DNA of 64,000 nucleotides from an uncultured delta proteobacterium (GTDB taxonomy: Bacteria > Desulfobacterota > Binatia > Binatales > Binataceae), in contig CAVXXK010000006.1 in assembly GCA_963765675.1 (NCBI GenBank), positions 64,001 through 128,000 on the forward strand. Direction: 5' to 3'. Made by a program: the position numbers and the translations under genes. How positions within the stretch are numbered: the stretch's first letter is position 1; every line of letters starts with the position of its first letter. The notes below the pieces were generated by a model that saw only the letters and a list, made by a program, of their open reading frames with translations, searched no databases and was not told the DNA's origin. This document shows positions 29,597 through 39,788 of this stretch, piece by piece.

Positions 29597-31252
29597 CTAG
29601 CGTGCCGCGTTCGCGGCCTGCTCGGCAGCGATGCGGCTTTCGATCGCGCGTTTCAATTCCGCTTTTTTTATTTTTCCGACATTGGTCAGCGGCATCGCCT
29701 CGATTATCTCGACGCGCTCGGGAAGCTTGAAGCGCGCCAGCCCGCGCTCCGCCAGAAAGCGCGCCAATCCTTCGAGCGACAGGGCGGCGCCGGGAGCGAG
29801 CGTGACGAACGCGCACGCCTTCTCGCCCATCCGCGCATCGGGCATCGCGACCACGGCGGCCGCGATGACGGCGGGATGCGCGATTATGTGCGACTCGACT
29901 TCCTCGGCGCTGATCTTCTCTCCGCCGCGATTTATTTGATCCTTGATGCGGCCCGCGACGACGAGGTTTCCGCTCGCAGTCTGCCGCACCAAATCTCCGG
30001 TGCGGTAGAAGCCATCCACAGTGAAGCAAATTCGATTCTCCGCCTCGGCGCGATAGTAGCCGCGAACAGTACATGGTCCGCGGCACCATAGCTCTCCGAT
30101 CTCGCCACGCGTTGTCTCCCTGCCGTCGGGATCAACCACGCGAATTTCATCGCCGGGCGACGCGGGGCGTCCCTGAGTCGTGCAGGCAAGATCGTCGCCT
30201 TCGTCCAGCCGCGTGTAACACAGCACTCCTTCGGTCATCCCTAAAACCTGCTGAACGCGCAAATTGGGAAACACGCGGCGCAACTCCCGTGCAGTCGGCT
30301 CCTGGAGCCGTTGTCCGCCGACCGTAATCACGCGCAGATTTTCCAGACCATCGCGCGCGTTTTCGGGAAGCAAGAGAATCGAAATGGCGAGCGCGGGAAC
30401 GCATGGAAGATGCGTCGCCTTTTCGACGGCGGCGATCCGTACGATATCGGCGGCCTGCGCCGACTCCGAAAGGATCGTCGTGGCGCCAGTTATCAGCGCG
30501 CCCACCAGGCCGGGCGCTCCGAGCGCAAAATGATGCTCGACCGGCAGCGCGATCAGTACCCGCGACTCGGTCGTGATTCCGCATACGGGAGCCGCAGCCG
30601 CTGCGCCGCACAGATAGTCCGCGTGAGTTCGCGGAATGAGCTTCGGCAATCCTGTCGTTCCGCCGGAGAGCAGAAGTATCGCGAGGTCGAACGGATCTCC
30701 GCCGCGCGAGCCGATCTCGCCGCGTGGTTCGACCGCGGAATCGAGCGAGATGGTCTCGTCGGCAGGTTCGGTGGTGAAAATAGTGCGCAGGTCCGCCGAG
30801 CGTCCGCGCAGTTCACGCGCCAGCGCGGCATGATCGAACCCGCGAAACTGCGGAGCGACCGCGATCGCAGCCGGGCTCGCGAGCGTTATCAGATGCTCGA
30901 GCTCGGCGCGCCGTAGTGCGGGCAGCGCCATCACCGGCACTGCGCCGATCTCGGCGCACGCAAGCATCAGCGTCACGAACTCGACGCAATTTGGAAGCTG
31001 TACGATAATTCGATCGCCGCGCACGATGCCGCGGCTTTCGAGCAGCGCGGCAACGCGGGCCGCCTCGCGCAGCACCGCTGCGAAACCGAGCTTGCGCTGC
31101 CCATCGGCGACCGCGATCGCGTCGGGGCGCTCGGCAGCGTGGCGCCGCGCGGCAGCGCCTATCGCCTGCGCGATCGTCTCGCGCCGCCAGTAGCCTTCGC
31201 GGACGTAGCGCTCGGCGTCCTCAGCCGGATATTGAGTCCATCCGTCAGGCAT
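29597..31252 (-). CDS. Aryl-acid adenylating enzyme (DhbE/EntE-like)
   Basis: GYWRRETI, LSGGTTGLPKLIPRTHADY, QQVLGMTEG, TQGRP, FYRTGDLV, DQINRGGEKISAEEVE, VGKI. Confidence 0.85.
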   Translation of the reverse strand: MPDGWTQYPAEDAERYVREGYWRRETIAQAIGAAARRHAAERPDAIAVADGQRKLGFAAVLREAARVAALLESRGIVRGDRIIVQLPNCVEFVTLMLACAEIGAVPVMALPALRRAELEHLITLASPAAIAVAPQFRGFDHAALARELRGRSADLRTIFTTEPADETISLDSAVEPRGEIGSRGGDPFDLAILLLSGGTTGLPKLIPRTHADYLCGAAAAAPVCGITTESRVLIALPVEHHFALGAPGLVGALITGATTILSESAQAADIVRIAAVEKATHLPCVPALAISILLLPENARDGLENLRVITVGGQRLQEPTARELRRVFPNLRVQQVLGMTEGVLCYTRLDEGDDLACTTQGRPASPGDEIRVVDPDGRETTRGEIGELWCRGPCTVRGYYRAEAENRICFTVDGFYRTGDLVRQTASGNLVVAGRIKDQINRGGEKISAEEVESHIIAHPAVIAAAVVAMPDARMGEKACAFVTLAPGAALSLEGLARFLAERGLARFKLPERVEIIEAMPLTNVGKIKKAELKRAIESRIAAEQAANAAR

Positions 31253-31263
31253 AAGTCAGATTC

Positions 31264-31974
31264 TTAACGGTGCGCGATCGATCCGGTGACCATCAGGAAA
31301 ACCTCGTCGATAATTTTCGCGCGTTGCTCGAAGTCGCGGGCCGGTTCATACCAGGTGTAAAACCAGTTCATCGCACCGAACAGCAGCGAGGTGATGATGC
31401 GGCTCTGCTCGCGGTCGAGCGCGCGGCCGCGTCCTTCGGCGAGCTGCTCGACGAGCTTGCGGCACAGGCGCGAGTACTCGCGCTTGAGCCTTGCGATATC
31501 GGCCTGGTAGCGGCCGGAGAGCGAGTCGGCCTCGCGCACCAGCACCTTCATCTCGGCCAGATTGCTCATGTGATATTCGAGATGGCCGGCGATAAACTGT
31601 CGCATCCGGGCGTCGGCTCCAGGAGCCGACCGCGCGGCTTGCTCGGCGCGGCGCAGCAATTCCTCGAAAGCGCGGCGCGAGATCAGGTACAGAATTTCCT
31701 CTTTGTTGCGCAGGTAGTAGTAGATGCGCGGGAACGAGATTCGCGCACGTCCGGCGATATCGCGAATCGACGCGAGGCCGAAGCTCCTCTCCGCAAACAC
31801 TGCTGCGGCCGCGCGCAGGATATGATCGATATTGGCGTCGTAGCGCTGGTCGGGAGCAAGCGCGCGCGACGCCGATTTGATTCGGGCGACGCGCCGGACG
31901 GCGGGCTGAACGATGGCTTTCTTCAAACGCGATGCCTCCCGTCCAAGGTTTGCCCGCCACGCGCGCGAACGCAA
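31264..31974 (-). CDS. TetR-family regulator (KstR2/PaaR-like)
   Basis: HTH ASIRDIAGRARISFPRIYYYLRNKEEIL; C-terminal LFGAMNWFYTWY. True start likely downstream. Confidence 0.85.
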   Translation of the reverse strand: MRSRAWRANLGREASRLKKAIVQPAVRRVARIKSASRALAPDQRYDANIDHILRAAAAVFAERSFGLASIRDIAGRARISFPRIYYYLRNKEEILYLISRRAFEELLRRAEQAARSAPGADARMRQFIAGHLEYHMSNLAEMKVLVREADSLSGRYQADIARLKREYSRLCRKLVEQLAEGRGRALDREQSRIITSLLFGAMNWFYTWYEPARDFEQRAKIIDEVFLMVTGSIAHR

Positions 31975-31990
31975 GCTACCCTCCCGCGGT

Positions 31991-32734
31991 TCACAGATAG
32001 CGGCGGCCGGCGGTTGGATCAGGCGCTGGAATCTCGAGCTTGGTCAGCAGATTGTTGACCTCGGCTTCAAACTCGGCGCGCATCTGTTCGTTGCTGCGGC
32101 GCCTGAGTCCCATTTTCACGTAGTCGAACTGCCGCTTCGAGCCCGACTTGCCGAACATGTCGAGCCCGGCCGGATACCATTTGGCGAGATGCTTGATCAG
32201 CAACGCGCGGCCGCGCTCGCCTTCCCGCTCGAGGTATCTGCGCATCAGCCGATAACCGAAAGCCGCGTGGCCGAGCTCTTCGCGGTAAACTCGCTCAGCG
32301 ATTTTGGCGAGCGGATGATAGGAGCATCCTACCCATTCGTAGCCCATGTAGGCGCCCTGGCGGTCGGCGAAAAAGCTGAACAGCCCGTATTCGATCCAAT
32401 CCTCGGCGCGGTCGCGCATCTCGAAGATATAGATCGGCATCGGCGTTGACATGAACGCGTCATCGACGACGACGCCGAGCTCGCCGAGCAGGCGCATCCA
32501 GTAGCTCGCGTGGCGGACCTCGTCGGACCAGAACGCGGCGTACTCGGCTTTGTCCTCGGCGGTCGGCGCGAGCGCGAGCGGCTTGATGAGCGTGCGCTCA
32601 GGCATCAGCATGTACTCGGATTCGATTCGCGACTGAATCGAGAGCATCCGGACGAGCAAGTCTTTGTAGTCGGGCGGCAGCGCGTCGGGGCCGTTGAATT
32701 TCACGGGTTCGCCGGTTTCGGTCTGGTGTTCCAA
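31991..32734 (-). CDS. PaaA-like ferritin-fold diiron protein (aryl-CoA oxygenase/epoxidase family)
   Basis: APT..DK, DEVRH and EELGH (two ExxH), CSYHPLA, WYPAGLDMFG; TTG start with GAGG RBS. Confidence 0.8.
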   Translation of the reverse strand: MEHQTETGEPVKFNGPDALPPDYKDLLVRMLSIQSRIESEYMLMPERTLIKPLALAPTAEDKAEYAAFWSDEVRHASYWMRLLGELGVVVDDAFMSTPMPIYIFEMRDRAEDWIEYGLFSFFADRQGAYMGYEWVGCSYHPLAKIAERVYREELGHAAFGYRLMRRYLEREGERGRALLIKHLAKWYPAGLDMFGKSGSKRQFDYVKMGLRRRSNEQMRAEFEAEVNNLLTKLEIPAPDPTAGRRYL

Positions 32735-32818
32735 CGTCTATCCTCGCGGCTTTGGCCTAACGATCTGTTCTGAACGCTAGTTCAGTAAAGCATCGGAAGA
32801 CGAAACTGACAAGCGCGT

Positions 32819-33583
32819 CTATCCCGCCATCGTGAGGCCGCCGCTGATGCTGATCACTTGGCCGGTCGCGTAGTCCGAATCGGACGAGGCGAAGAACGCG
32901 ACCGCGCCGGCGAGGTCTTCCGGCTTGCCGAGGCGGCGAAACGGGATTCCGCGCGCCATCGCTTCGAGCACGCCCTCGCGCCCCGCCATCGCGTCGCGCA
33001 ACAGCGCGGTTTCGGTCGGTCCGGGGCACACGACGTTGACGTTGATATGGTAGCGCGCGAGCTCGCGCGCAATGGTTTTCGAGAATCCGATAATCGCCGC
33101 CTTGCATCCGGCGTAGACCGCCTCGCCGGTCGAGCCGACACGTCCGGCGTCGGACGAGATCGAAACGATCTTGCCGGAGCCGCGCGCCTTCATCCGTGGC
33201 GCGATCGCGCGGCAGCAATTCAGCGCGCCGCGATAGTTGATCGCGATAATCTTGTCCCAGGTCTCGGGCACGCTTTCGATAAACGGCTCGAGCTTGTCCC
33301 ATCCGGCGTTGTTCACGAGGATGTCGATCGGCCCGAGTTCGCGCTCGACGCGCGTGGCGGCGGCCTCCGCGTCTTCGAACTTCGTCACGTCGAGCTTGAC
33401 CGCGATCGCCTTCGCGCCGAGGGCGCGCAATTCCGCGGCGGTGCGTTCTGCCGCTTCGGTCTGGATATCGGCAATCGCGACGGCGGCGCCTTCATCAGCA
33501 AGACGCGTGGCGATTGCGCGGCCGATCCCCTGCGCCGCTCCGGTGACAATCGCGATTTTTCCCGCGAGCCGTTGTGATGCCAT
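32819..33583 (-). CDS. SDR oxidoreductase (BadH-like)
   Basis: TGAAQGIG, NNAGWD, SSDAGRVGSTGEAVYAGCK, NVVCPGPTET. Confidence 0.9.
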   Translation of the reverse strand: MASQRLAGKIAIVTGAAQGIGRAIATRLADEGAAVAIADIQTEAAERTAAELRALGAKAIAVKLDVTKFEDAEAAATRVERELGPIDILVNNAGWDKLEPFIESVPETWDKIIAINYRGALNCCRAIAPRMKARGSGKIVSISSDAGRVGSTGEAVYAGCKAAIIGFSKTIARELARYHINVNVVCPGPTETALLRDAMAGREGVLEAMARGIPFRRLGKPEDLAGAVAFFASSDSDYATGQVISISGGLTMAG

Positions 33584-33598
33584 CGCGAACCTCCCGCG

Positions 33599-34355
33599 CT
33601 AGCGCGCGACCCATCCGCCGTCGATTATGAACGGCGCGCCGGTTGCGAAAGTCGCGTCGTCGCTGGCGAGGAACAGCGCGGTGCGCGCGATTTCGTCGGG
33701 CGATCCGATTCTGCCCGAGCAGCGAGAGGCGGTTATTGTCCTGCGCGGTCACACCGCCTTCCGCGGACACCCGCTTAACCATCGGCGTGTCGATCACGCC
33801 CGGGCAGATGCAGTTGGCGCGGATATTGTAGCGTGCGTATTCGAGCGCGGCGACGCGAGTCAGCGAGATGACGCCGGCTTTGGCCGCACAGTACGCCGCC
33901 GCGCCTTTGATCGCGACGATTCCCGCGACCGATGCGGTGTTGATGATCGATCCTCCGCCGCGCTTAATCAGATGCGGCAGCGCGTACTTCATCCCGAGCC
34001 ACACGCCGCGCAGGTTGATCGCGATCACGCGGTCGAAACCCTCTTCGCTGAGCTGGGCCATGAAGCCGCCTTCGCCCTCGATACCCGCGTTGTTGTAGTT
34101 GATGTCCAGCCCGCCGAAGTGGCGCACAGTCTCGTCGGCCATCGCGCGCGCGTCTTCGGAATTCGACACGTCGGCGCGCATCGCGAATGCCTGGCCTCCG
34201 GCGCTGGTGATCGCGGCCACGGTCTCTTTTGCCGCGGCTTCGTTGACGTCGATAACTGCGACTTTGGCGCCCTCGCGCGCGAACAGCGTTGCGGCCGCGC
34301 GGCCCATGCCTGATCCAGCGCCGGTTATCAGCGCAACTTTGCCTGCAAGTCTCAT
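33599..34355 (-). CDS. SDR oxidoreductase (apparent +1 frameshift near 33715)
   Basis: TGAGSGMG, NNAGI, YCAAK. Corrected frame gives GRIGSPDEIARTALFLASDDATFATGAPFIIDGGWVAR*. Confidence 0.88.
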
Positions 34356-34483
34356 CGTAATTCTCCCGCGTGATTCGATCCGTTATCACGGCGAACCATA
34401 CCGCATTCGGCGCCGCGCGCGTTAGCGCGATTTACAAACCGCCGCCGGTGATGCTACCCGACGAAGCGAAGGAGCATCATCTG

Positions 34484-35300
34484 ATGAATTTCGCTATGAA
34501 CTTCGAGGGCAAGGTCGGAATCGTAACCGGAGCGGGCTCGGGCATCGGACGCGCGACCGCGCTCGGATTCGCGGCGCGCGGCGGAACCATCGTAGTCGCC
34601 GACATCAACACGGAAAACGCAACTCACGTTGCCGAAGCGATCGCGGCGCAAAGCGGCAAGGCGCTCGCGATGACGGTCGATGTCACCAAACCCGCGGATA
34701 TCGATCGCATGGTCGCGGAGACCAAAGCGGCTTTCGGGCGAATCGATTTCCTGCACAACAACGCGTTCGGGCTGCCTGCCTCCGCGAGCACCAGCACCGA
34801 GGCGTCGGGAAGGCTCGCCGACGTGGAAGAGGGCGTGTGGAGCTACATGATCGACGTTGGGCTGACAGCGGTGTGGCGCGCGATGAAGCGCGTGCTGCCG
34901 ATCATGCGCGCGCAAGGCTCTGGCGCGATCGTCAACACGGCGTCAATCTCGGGACAGCGCGCCGACTACGGAATCGCGGCGTACAACGCGGCCAAGGCGG
35001 GCGTCATCAATCTCACGCGGGTCGGCGCGATCGAGTACGCGCGCGACGGCGTGCGCGTCAATTGCATCTGCCCCGGCGCGATTCACACGCCGCTGTTGCA
35101 GCCGGCGCTCGAAATGCCGGGATTCGCCGATCGTTTCCGCGAGGCGATTCCGATGGGCCGGCTCGGCAAGCCCGAGGAGATGGCGAACGTGGTGCTGTTC
35201 CTCGCGTCGGATCTGGCGTCGTTCGTGACCGGAGCGGCAGTAGTTGCCGACGGCGGCCAGACCGCCAAGACCGGAAGTCCCGTCGTTCATGCCGGAGTAG
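34484..35300 (+). CDS. SDR oxidoreductase (probable +1 frameshift just before its end)
   Basis: TGAGSGIG, YNAAK, PMGRLGKPEE, ADGG. Corrected end TGSPSFMPE* at TAG 35298-35300. Confidence 0.85.
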
Positions 35301-36144
35301 CGCGATGCCGCGTCATCAGCGCGTTGGCGTCGGGATGCGAAATCACGCCTTCGACGAAGGAATTGTATGTTCCATGCTCGAAGAGTTCTTTGGCGACCTT
35401 GCGCGTGGTCGTGATCGCGGCGCGAGCCGGTCCACCGCCGACGCTCACGCGGGCGACGCCGAGCTTTTCAAGCTCCTGAACTGGTGGCGAGCCGGGCCCG
35501 GCGAGAATATTCATCGGTCCTGTCAGTGCCGCGGCGAGTTTGCCGATAACTGCAGTGTCGCGGACGCCTGGCACGAACAGGGAATCCGCACCGGCCGCGC
35601 GATAGGCGTTGGCGCGGCGTACGGCGTCGTTGAAGCGCGCGTCGCGGTCGCCGATACCGTGCAGGTAGACGTCGGTGCGAGCGTTGATCACGATCGGCAC
35701 GCCGGCGGCCTGCGCGGCCTCGCGCGCGGCGCGAACTCGCGCCACCGAGGTCTCGAGATCGAGGATCGGCGCGCCGCGATTGATCATCGAGTCTTCCAGG
35801 TTGATCCCGATCGCCCCCGCCTCAATCACCAGCCTGATCGTCTCCTTGAGCGTCGTGAGGTCGTCCGCGTAGCCGGACTCGATATCCGCGGTGACTGGAA
35901 CTTGCACGCTGCGTGCGACTACGCCGATCATGAAGAGCATCTCGCTGCGCGGGATCATCTGGCCGTCGGGATAGCCGAGAGAGTTGGCGACGCCGGAGCT
36001 GGTAGTGGCGATCGCTTTGAATCCCGCCTCCTCGAAGACCAGCGCGCTGGCGGCGTCCCACGCGTTGGGCAACACGAGGATGCGCGAGCGATCGTGCATC
36101 GCGCGAAATGCTTCGGCTTTGGCGGCTTGTTCGGTGCGGTTCAT
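35287..36144 (-). CDS. Isocitrate lyase/PEP mutase family protein
   Basis: LPNAWDAASA, ATTSSG..LGYPDG, ADIESGY, GINLED, NARTD, AGADSLF. Confidence 0.9.
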   Translation of the reverse strand: MNRTEQAAKAEAFRAMHDRSRILVLPNAWDAASALVFEEAGFKAIATTSSGVANSLGYPDGQMIPRSEMLFMIGVVARSVQVPVTADIESGYADDLTTLKETIRLVIEAGAIGINLEDSMINRGAPILDLETSVARVRAAREAAQAAGVPIVINARTDVYLHGIGDRDARFNDAVRRANAYRAAGADSLFVPGVRDTAVIGKLAAALTGPMNILAGPGSPPVQELEKLGVARVSVGGGPARAAITTTRKVAKELFEHGTYNSFVEGVISHPDANALMTRHRATPA

Positions 36145-36221
36145 TGATTTTCTCCCTGACCATTTTCCTGTTTCGGCTGCGATGGATTAAACCCCGTTGC
36201 GCCGAATATGTGAAACGGCGG

Positions 36222-39200
36222 TCAGTGGAAATCGTGCGATGGCGGCGTCGCGCCGGAGAGTTTGATCTCGGCGAATTTGTGCGCGCGGATCGCGGTCACG
36301 CCGTCGACTCTCTGCAAGACACCTTCAGCTTGCAGGATTTGTGCGCTGATAAGCAAAAGCCGATTAGCCTGAAACAGGTTGGGAGTGACGATCAGATTGG
36401 AGATTCCGGTTTCGTCCTCCAGCGTGATGAACAGAAATCCCTTCGCAGTGCCGGGACGCTGGCGCACGATCACAACGCCCGCCGTTTTTACGATCGAGCC
36501 GTGCCGCAGATGCTGCAACTTCGCTGCGCTGAGCACGCGCTGCGCGTCCAGGTCCTCACGCAGATAGCTCATCGGATGCGGTCCGGTCGTGAGGCTGGTC
36601 GCGGCATAGTCGGCGAGGGTCTGCTCGATCGGCGCCATTTCCGGGAGCGGCGCTTTGACCGCCTTGGGCCTCGCGCGTGAGAGCAGGCTCGAGGGATCGC
36701 GCTCGACCGCGGCGGCGTTCCATATCGCGTCGCGCCGCGTCATCTCGAAGGCGGCAAACGCGCCCGCGTATGCGAGCGCGTCGAGCTCGCGGCGATTAGG
36801 GCCGACGCGCGCGGTGAAATCGGCAATCGAATCGAACGGACGGCGGCTGCGTTCGTGCTCGATGCGCGATCCGGTCTCCTCGCGCAGCCCCGTCACATAC
36901 CGCAACCCCATCCGCAGGCAGAGTTCCGATCCCTCTTCCTGTAAGGGAGGTGCCACTGGCACGCGGCCAGGTGAGGGTCCTTCCAGTGCGCAGCGCACCG
37001 CCGTGCCCGATCCCTCGCCCTGAAAGGGAGAGGTTAGGTGAGGGTCCTTATTCAGCGCGGAGCGTAGCGGAGCGCGATTAAAATTCTGGTCAGAGTTTTT
37101 TCTTATTCCCTCCCCGATGCGGGGAGGGTGGCAGGCATCGCCCGTCGGGAGAGGTCGCTCTGGATGACTGGTGATTGTGGTCGTATCGGATCGACCTAAC
37201 CCCTGACCCCTTCCCGCACGGGAAGGGGAATTATCTAGCGATGTGATCGGTGGTTCGCCCTCACCCACGCGGCGTATCGTCGCGTTGCCCTCTCCCGGGG
37301 GGAGAGGGAATACATGTGCCGCCGCGTCGCCTTTTCCAGGAGGGAGAGGAATTACATGCGGCGGTATGCGCCGCGTGCGCTCGATTGTGCATTTCCAGTT
37401 CGAGCGGGTTACATCGATCGGCAGGACGGTCATGCCGCCCCGCTGCGCATCCTTTACCAGCACCGACGGATGGTAAAAGCCCATCGGCCAGCAATTGAGT
37501 ATCGCGGCGAAGAATGCTGCCGGATGATAATACTTCAAATAGGCCGACGCGTAGGCGATCAGCGCGAAGCTCGCGGCGTGCGACTCCGGAAAGCCGTAGA
37601 GCGCGAATGACGAAATCGAAAGCGCGATTTCGTCGGCAACCCTGCCCGTGATTCCATTGCGCGCCATCCCGCTGCGCAGCCGCGCCTCGATTTTCTCCAT
37701 CCTCTCGGCCGAGCGCTTGAACCCCATCGCGCGGCGCAGCTCCTCGGCCTCGCCGCCGGTGAAGCCGCCGACCGTCATCGCGATCCGCAGCAGTTGCTCC
37801 TGGAACAGCGGGACGCCGAGCGTCCGCTTCAGGATCGGCTCAAGGGAAGGATGCGCGTAGATTACCGGCGCGCGTTTGTTGCGCCGATCGAGATACGGAT
37901 TCATCATCTTGCCGACGATCGGGCCCGGCCGGATGATCGCGACCTCGACCACCAGATCGTAGAATTCCTTCGGCTTCATCCGCGGCAGCGTCGCCATCTG
38001 CGCGCGGCTCTCGACCTGGAACACGCCGACGGTGTCGGCCCGCCGCAGCATCGCATAGACGCCGGGATCGTCGGGCGGCAGATGCGCGAGGTCGATCTCG
38101 ACGCCCTCGTGCTCGCGAACCATCGGGATAGTCTCTTCGAGCACCGCGAGCATCCCGAGCCCGAGCAGATCGATCTTGATAATTCCCAGATCGGCGCAAT
38201 CGTCCTTGTCCCACTGCACCACCACGCGCCCCGGCATCGCGGCCGGCTCGAGCGGGACGATCTCGTCGAGCGGCGTCGCGCCGATCACCATGCCGCCGCT
38301 ATGCTGTCCAAGATGGCGCGGGATGCTCTTAATCCGCCGCACCAGATCGACCAGCATCTTGATCCGCGGCGATTCCGCATCGATGCCGCCGCGTTTGAAC
38401 AGAGCGACGAGATCATCGTAATGGTCGCGGAACTCGTAGACCTGGTTGAGCTTGGCCAGCCGATCGACTTGTTCCGGAGAAAATCCCAGCGCCTTGCTGA
38501 CCTCGCGCACCGCGCTCTTGGTGCGATAGGTGATCACGTTCGCGGTCATCGCGGCGCCGTGTTCGCCGTAACGGCGATAGACGTACTGGATGACTTTTTC
38601 GCGCTGATCGCCGCTGGGCAGATCGAGATCGATATCCGGCCATTCGCCGCGCTCTTCGGATAGAAAGCGCTCGAACAGCAGCTTCATCTTGACCGCATCG
38701 ATAGCCGTGATTCCCAGCGCGTAGCACACGGCGCTGTTCGCCGCCGAGCCGCGTCCCTGCGCCATGATCGCGTTCTCGCGGCAGAACTGGACGATATCCC
38801 AGACGATAAGGAAATAGCCGGCGAGCTTCAGCCTTTCGATCATCCCGAGCTCGTGCTCGAGCTGGTGGCGCGTGCGCTCATCGAGGCTCGCGCCCCATCG
38901 GTCGCGCGCGCCTTTGTAGGTGAGTATCCGCAAATAGCTGTCGGAGGTCTCGCCCGGCGGAACCGGATAGCTGGGAAAACGATAGCCCATGTCGGACAGC
39001 GTGAAGGCGCATCGCTCCGCGATCGTGCGGGTGGCGGCGACCGCGTCCGGCAGGTCGCGGAACATCGCGGCCATCTCCGCGGGCGGCTTCAGATGGCGCT
39101 GATTGTTGACCCACAGCGCGCGGCCCGCTTCTTCGAGCGTGGTCTTGAGCCGGATACAGGTGAGGACATCGAGCAGCCGGCGATCGGCGCCGCCGTGGCA

Positions 39201-39788
39201 TACGTCGTTGGTCGCGACGATCGGAAGATGCGCGGCGTCGGCGAGCGCGGCTAGCTTGCGGTTCAGCCGCTCTTCATCGGGGTCGAGATGGCGCTGCAGA
39301 TCGACATAAAAATTTTTCCCGCCGAAGATCCCTTCCAGCCGATCGCAAAGCGGACGCGGGTCTTCTCCTCGAATGAGCATTCGCGAGAGTGGGCTCATCG
39401 TGCCGCCGCCCAGGCAGATCATCCCGCGCCCGTGGCGTTCCAGATCATCCAGCGTGATTCGTCCGGCGCCCTTTGCGGCGCGCAGCTTCGAGCCGGTGAT
39501 CATCCGGCAGAGATTTTTGTAGCGCTCGCGATCCGGAATCAATACGTAGAGACGCGAATCGTCATCGAGGGTCAGTTCAGCGCCGACTATCGGTTTGATT
39601 CGGGCGTCCTTGGCCGCCTGATGGAATCGCGGCGCGCCGTAGAGTCCGTCGCGATCGCCCAGCGCGATCGCGCGGTAGCCAAGCTCAGCCGCCTGCGTGG
39701 CGAGATCCTCGGGCGTCGACGCGCCTTCGAGAAAGCTGAAAGCACTGCGCGCGCGCAATTCGATATAGTCAGTTGAATAGTCAGTCAT
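36222..39788 (-). CDS. dnaE2: Error-prone DNA polymerase DnaE2 (ImuC) with a ~154-aa insertion
   Basis: PHP start YIELRARSAFSFL, GRGSAANS, PDIDLD, GFPESHA, OB fold RQRPGTAKG, terminal SHDFH. ATG 39788 overlaps the imuB stop. Confidence 0.95.
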   Translation of the reverse strand: MTDYSTDYIELRARSAFSFLEGASTPEDLATQAAELGYRAIALGDRDGLYGAPRFHQAAKDARIKPIVGAELTLDDDSRLYVLIPDRERYKNLCRMITGSKLRAAKGAGRITLDDLERHGRGMICLGGGTMSPLSRMLIRGEDPRPLCDRLEGIFGGKNFYVDLQRHLDPDEERLNRKLAALADAAHLPIVATNDVCHGGADRRLLDVLTCIRLKTTLEEAGRALWVNNQRHLKPPAEMAAMFRDLPDAVAATRTIAERCAFTLSDMGYRFPSYPVPPGETSDSYLRILTYKGARDRWGASLDERTRHQLEHELGMIERLKLAGYFLIVWDIVQFCRENAIMAQGRGSAANSAVCYALGITAIDAVKMKLLFERFLSEERGEWPDIDLDLPSGDQREKVIQYVYRRYGEHGAAMTANVITYRTKSAVREVSKALGFSPEQVDRLAKLNQVYEFRDHYDDLVALFKRGGIDAESPRIKMLVDLVRRIKSIPRHLGQHSGGMVIGATPLDEIVPLEPAAMPGRVVVQWDKDDCADLGIIKIDLLGLGMLAVLEETIPMVREHEGVEIDLAHLPPDDPGVYAMLRRADTVGVFQVESRAQMATLPRMKPKEFYDLVVEVAIIRPGPIVGKMMNPYLDRRNKRAPVIYAHPSLEPILKRTLGVPLFQEQLLRIAMTVGGFTGGEAEELRRAMGFKRSAERMEKIEARLRSGMARNGITGRVADEIALSISSFALYGFPESHAASFALIAYASAYLKYYHPAAFFAAILNCWPMGFYHPSVLVKDAQRGGMTVLPIDVTRSNWKCTIERTRRIPPHVIPLPPGKGDAAAHVFPLPPGEGNATIRRVGEGEPPITSLDNSPSRAGRGQGLGRSDTTTITSHPERPLPTGDACHPPRIGEGIRKNSDQNFNRAPLRSALNKDPHLTSPFQGEGSGTAVRCALEGPSPGRVPVAPPLQEEGSELCLRMGLRYVTGLREETGSRIEHERSRRPFDSIADFTARVGPNRRELDALAYAGAFAAFEMTRRDAIWNAAAVERDPSSLLSRARPKAVKAPLPEMAPIEQTLADYAATSLTTGPHPMSYLREDLDAQRVLSAAKLQHLRHGSIVKTAGVVIVRQRPGTAKGFLFITLEDETGISNLIVTPNLFQANRLLLISAQILQAEGVLQRVDGVTAIRAHKFAEIKLSGATPPSHDFH
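36918..37379 (-). repeat. In-frame family A/A2 composite palindromic insertion in dnaE2
   Basis: 462 bp between WKCTIE and LRMGL; contains TCCCTCGCCCTGAAAGGGAGAGGTTAGGTGAGGG and CCCTCACCC...CCCTCTCCC..GGGAGAGGG units. Confidence 0.9.

Noticed and set aside
36957-36972. TGGCACG sigma54-like boxes in the inserts (also near 41753, 15930, 56237)
   Set aside because: No correctly spaced -12 GC.
36918-37379. DnaE2 insertion as an intein or intron
   Set aside because: No N-terminal Cys/Ser, no terminal His-Asn, no endonuclease motifs or recognisable intron ends; the sequence is repeat-derived.
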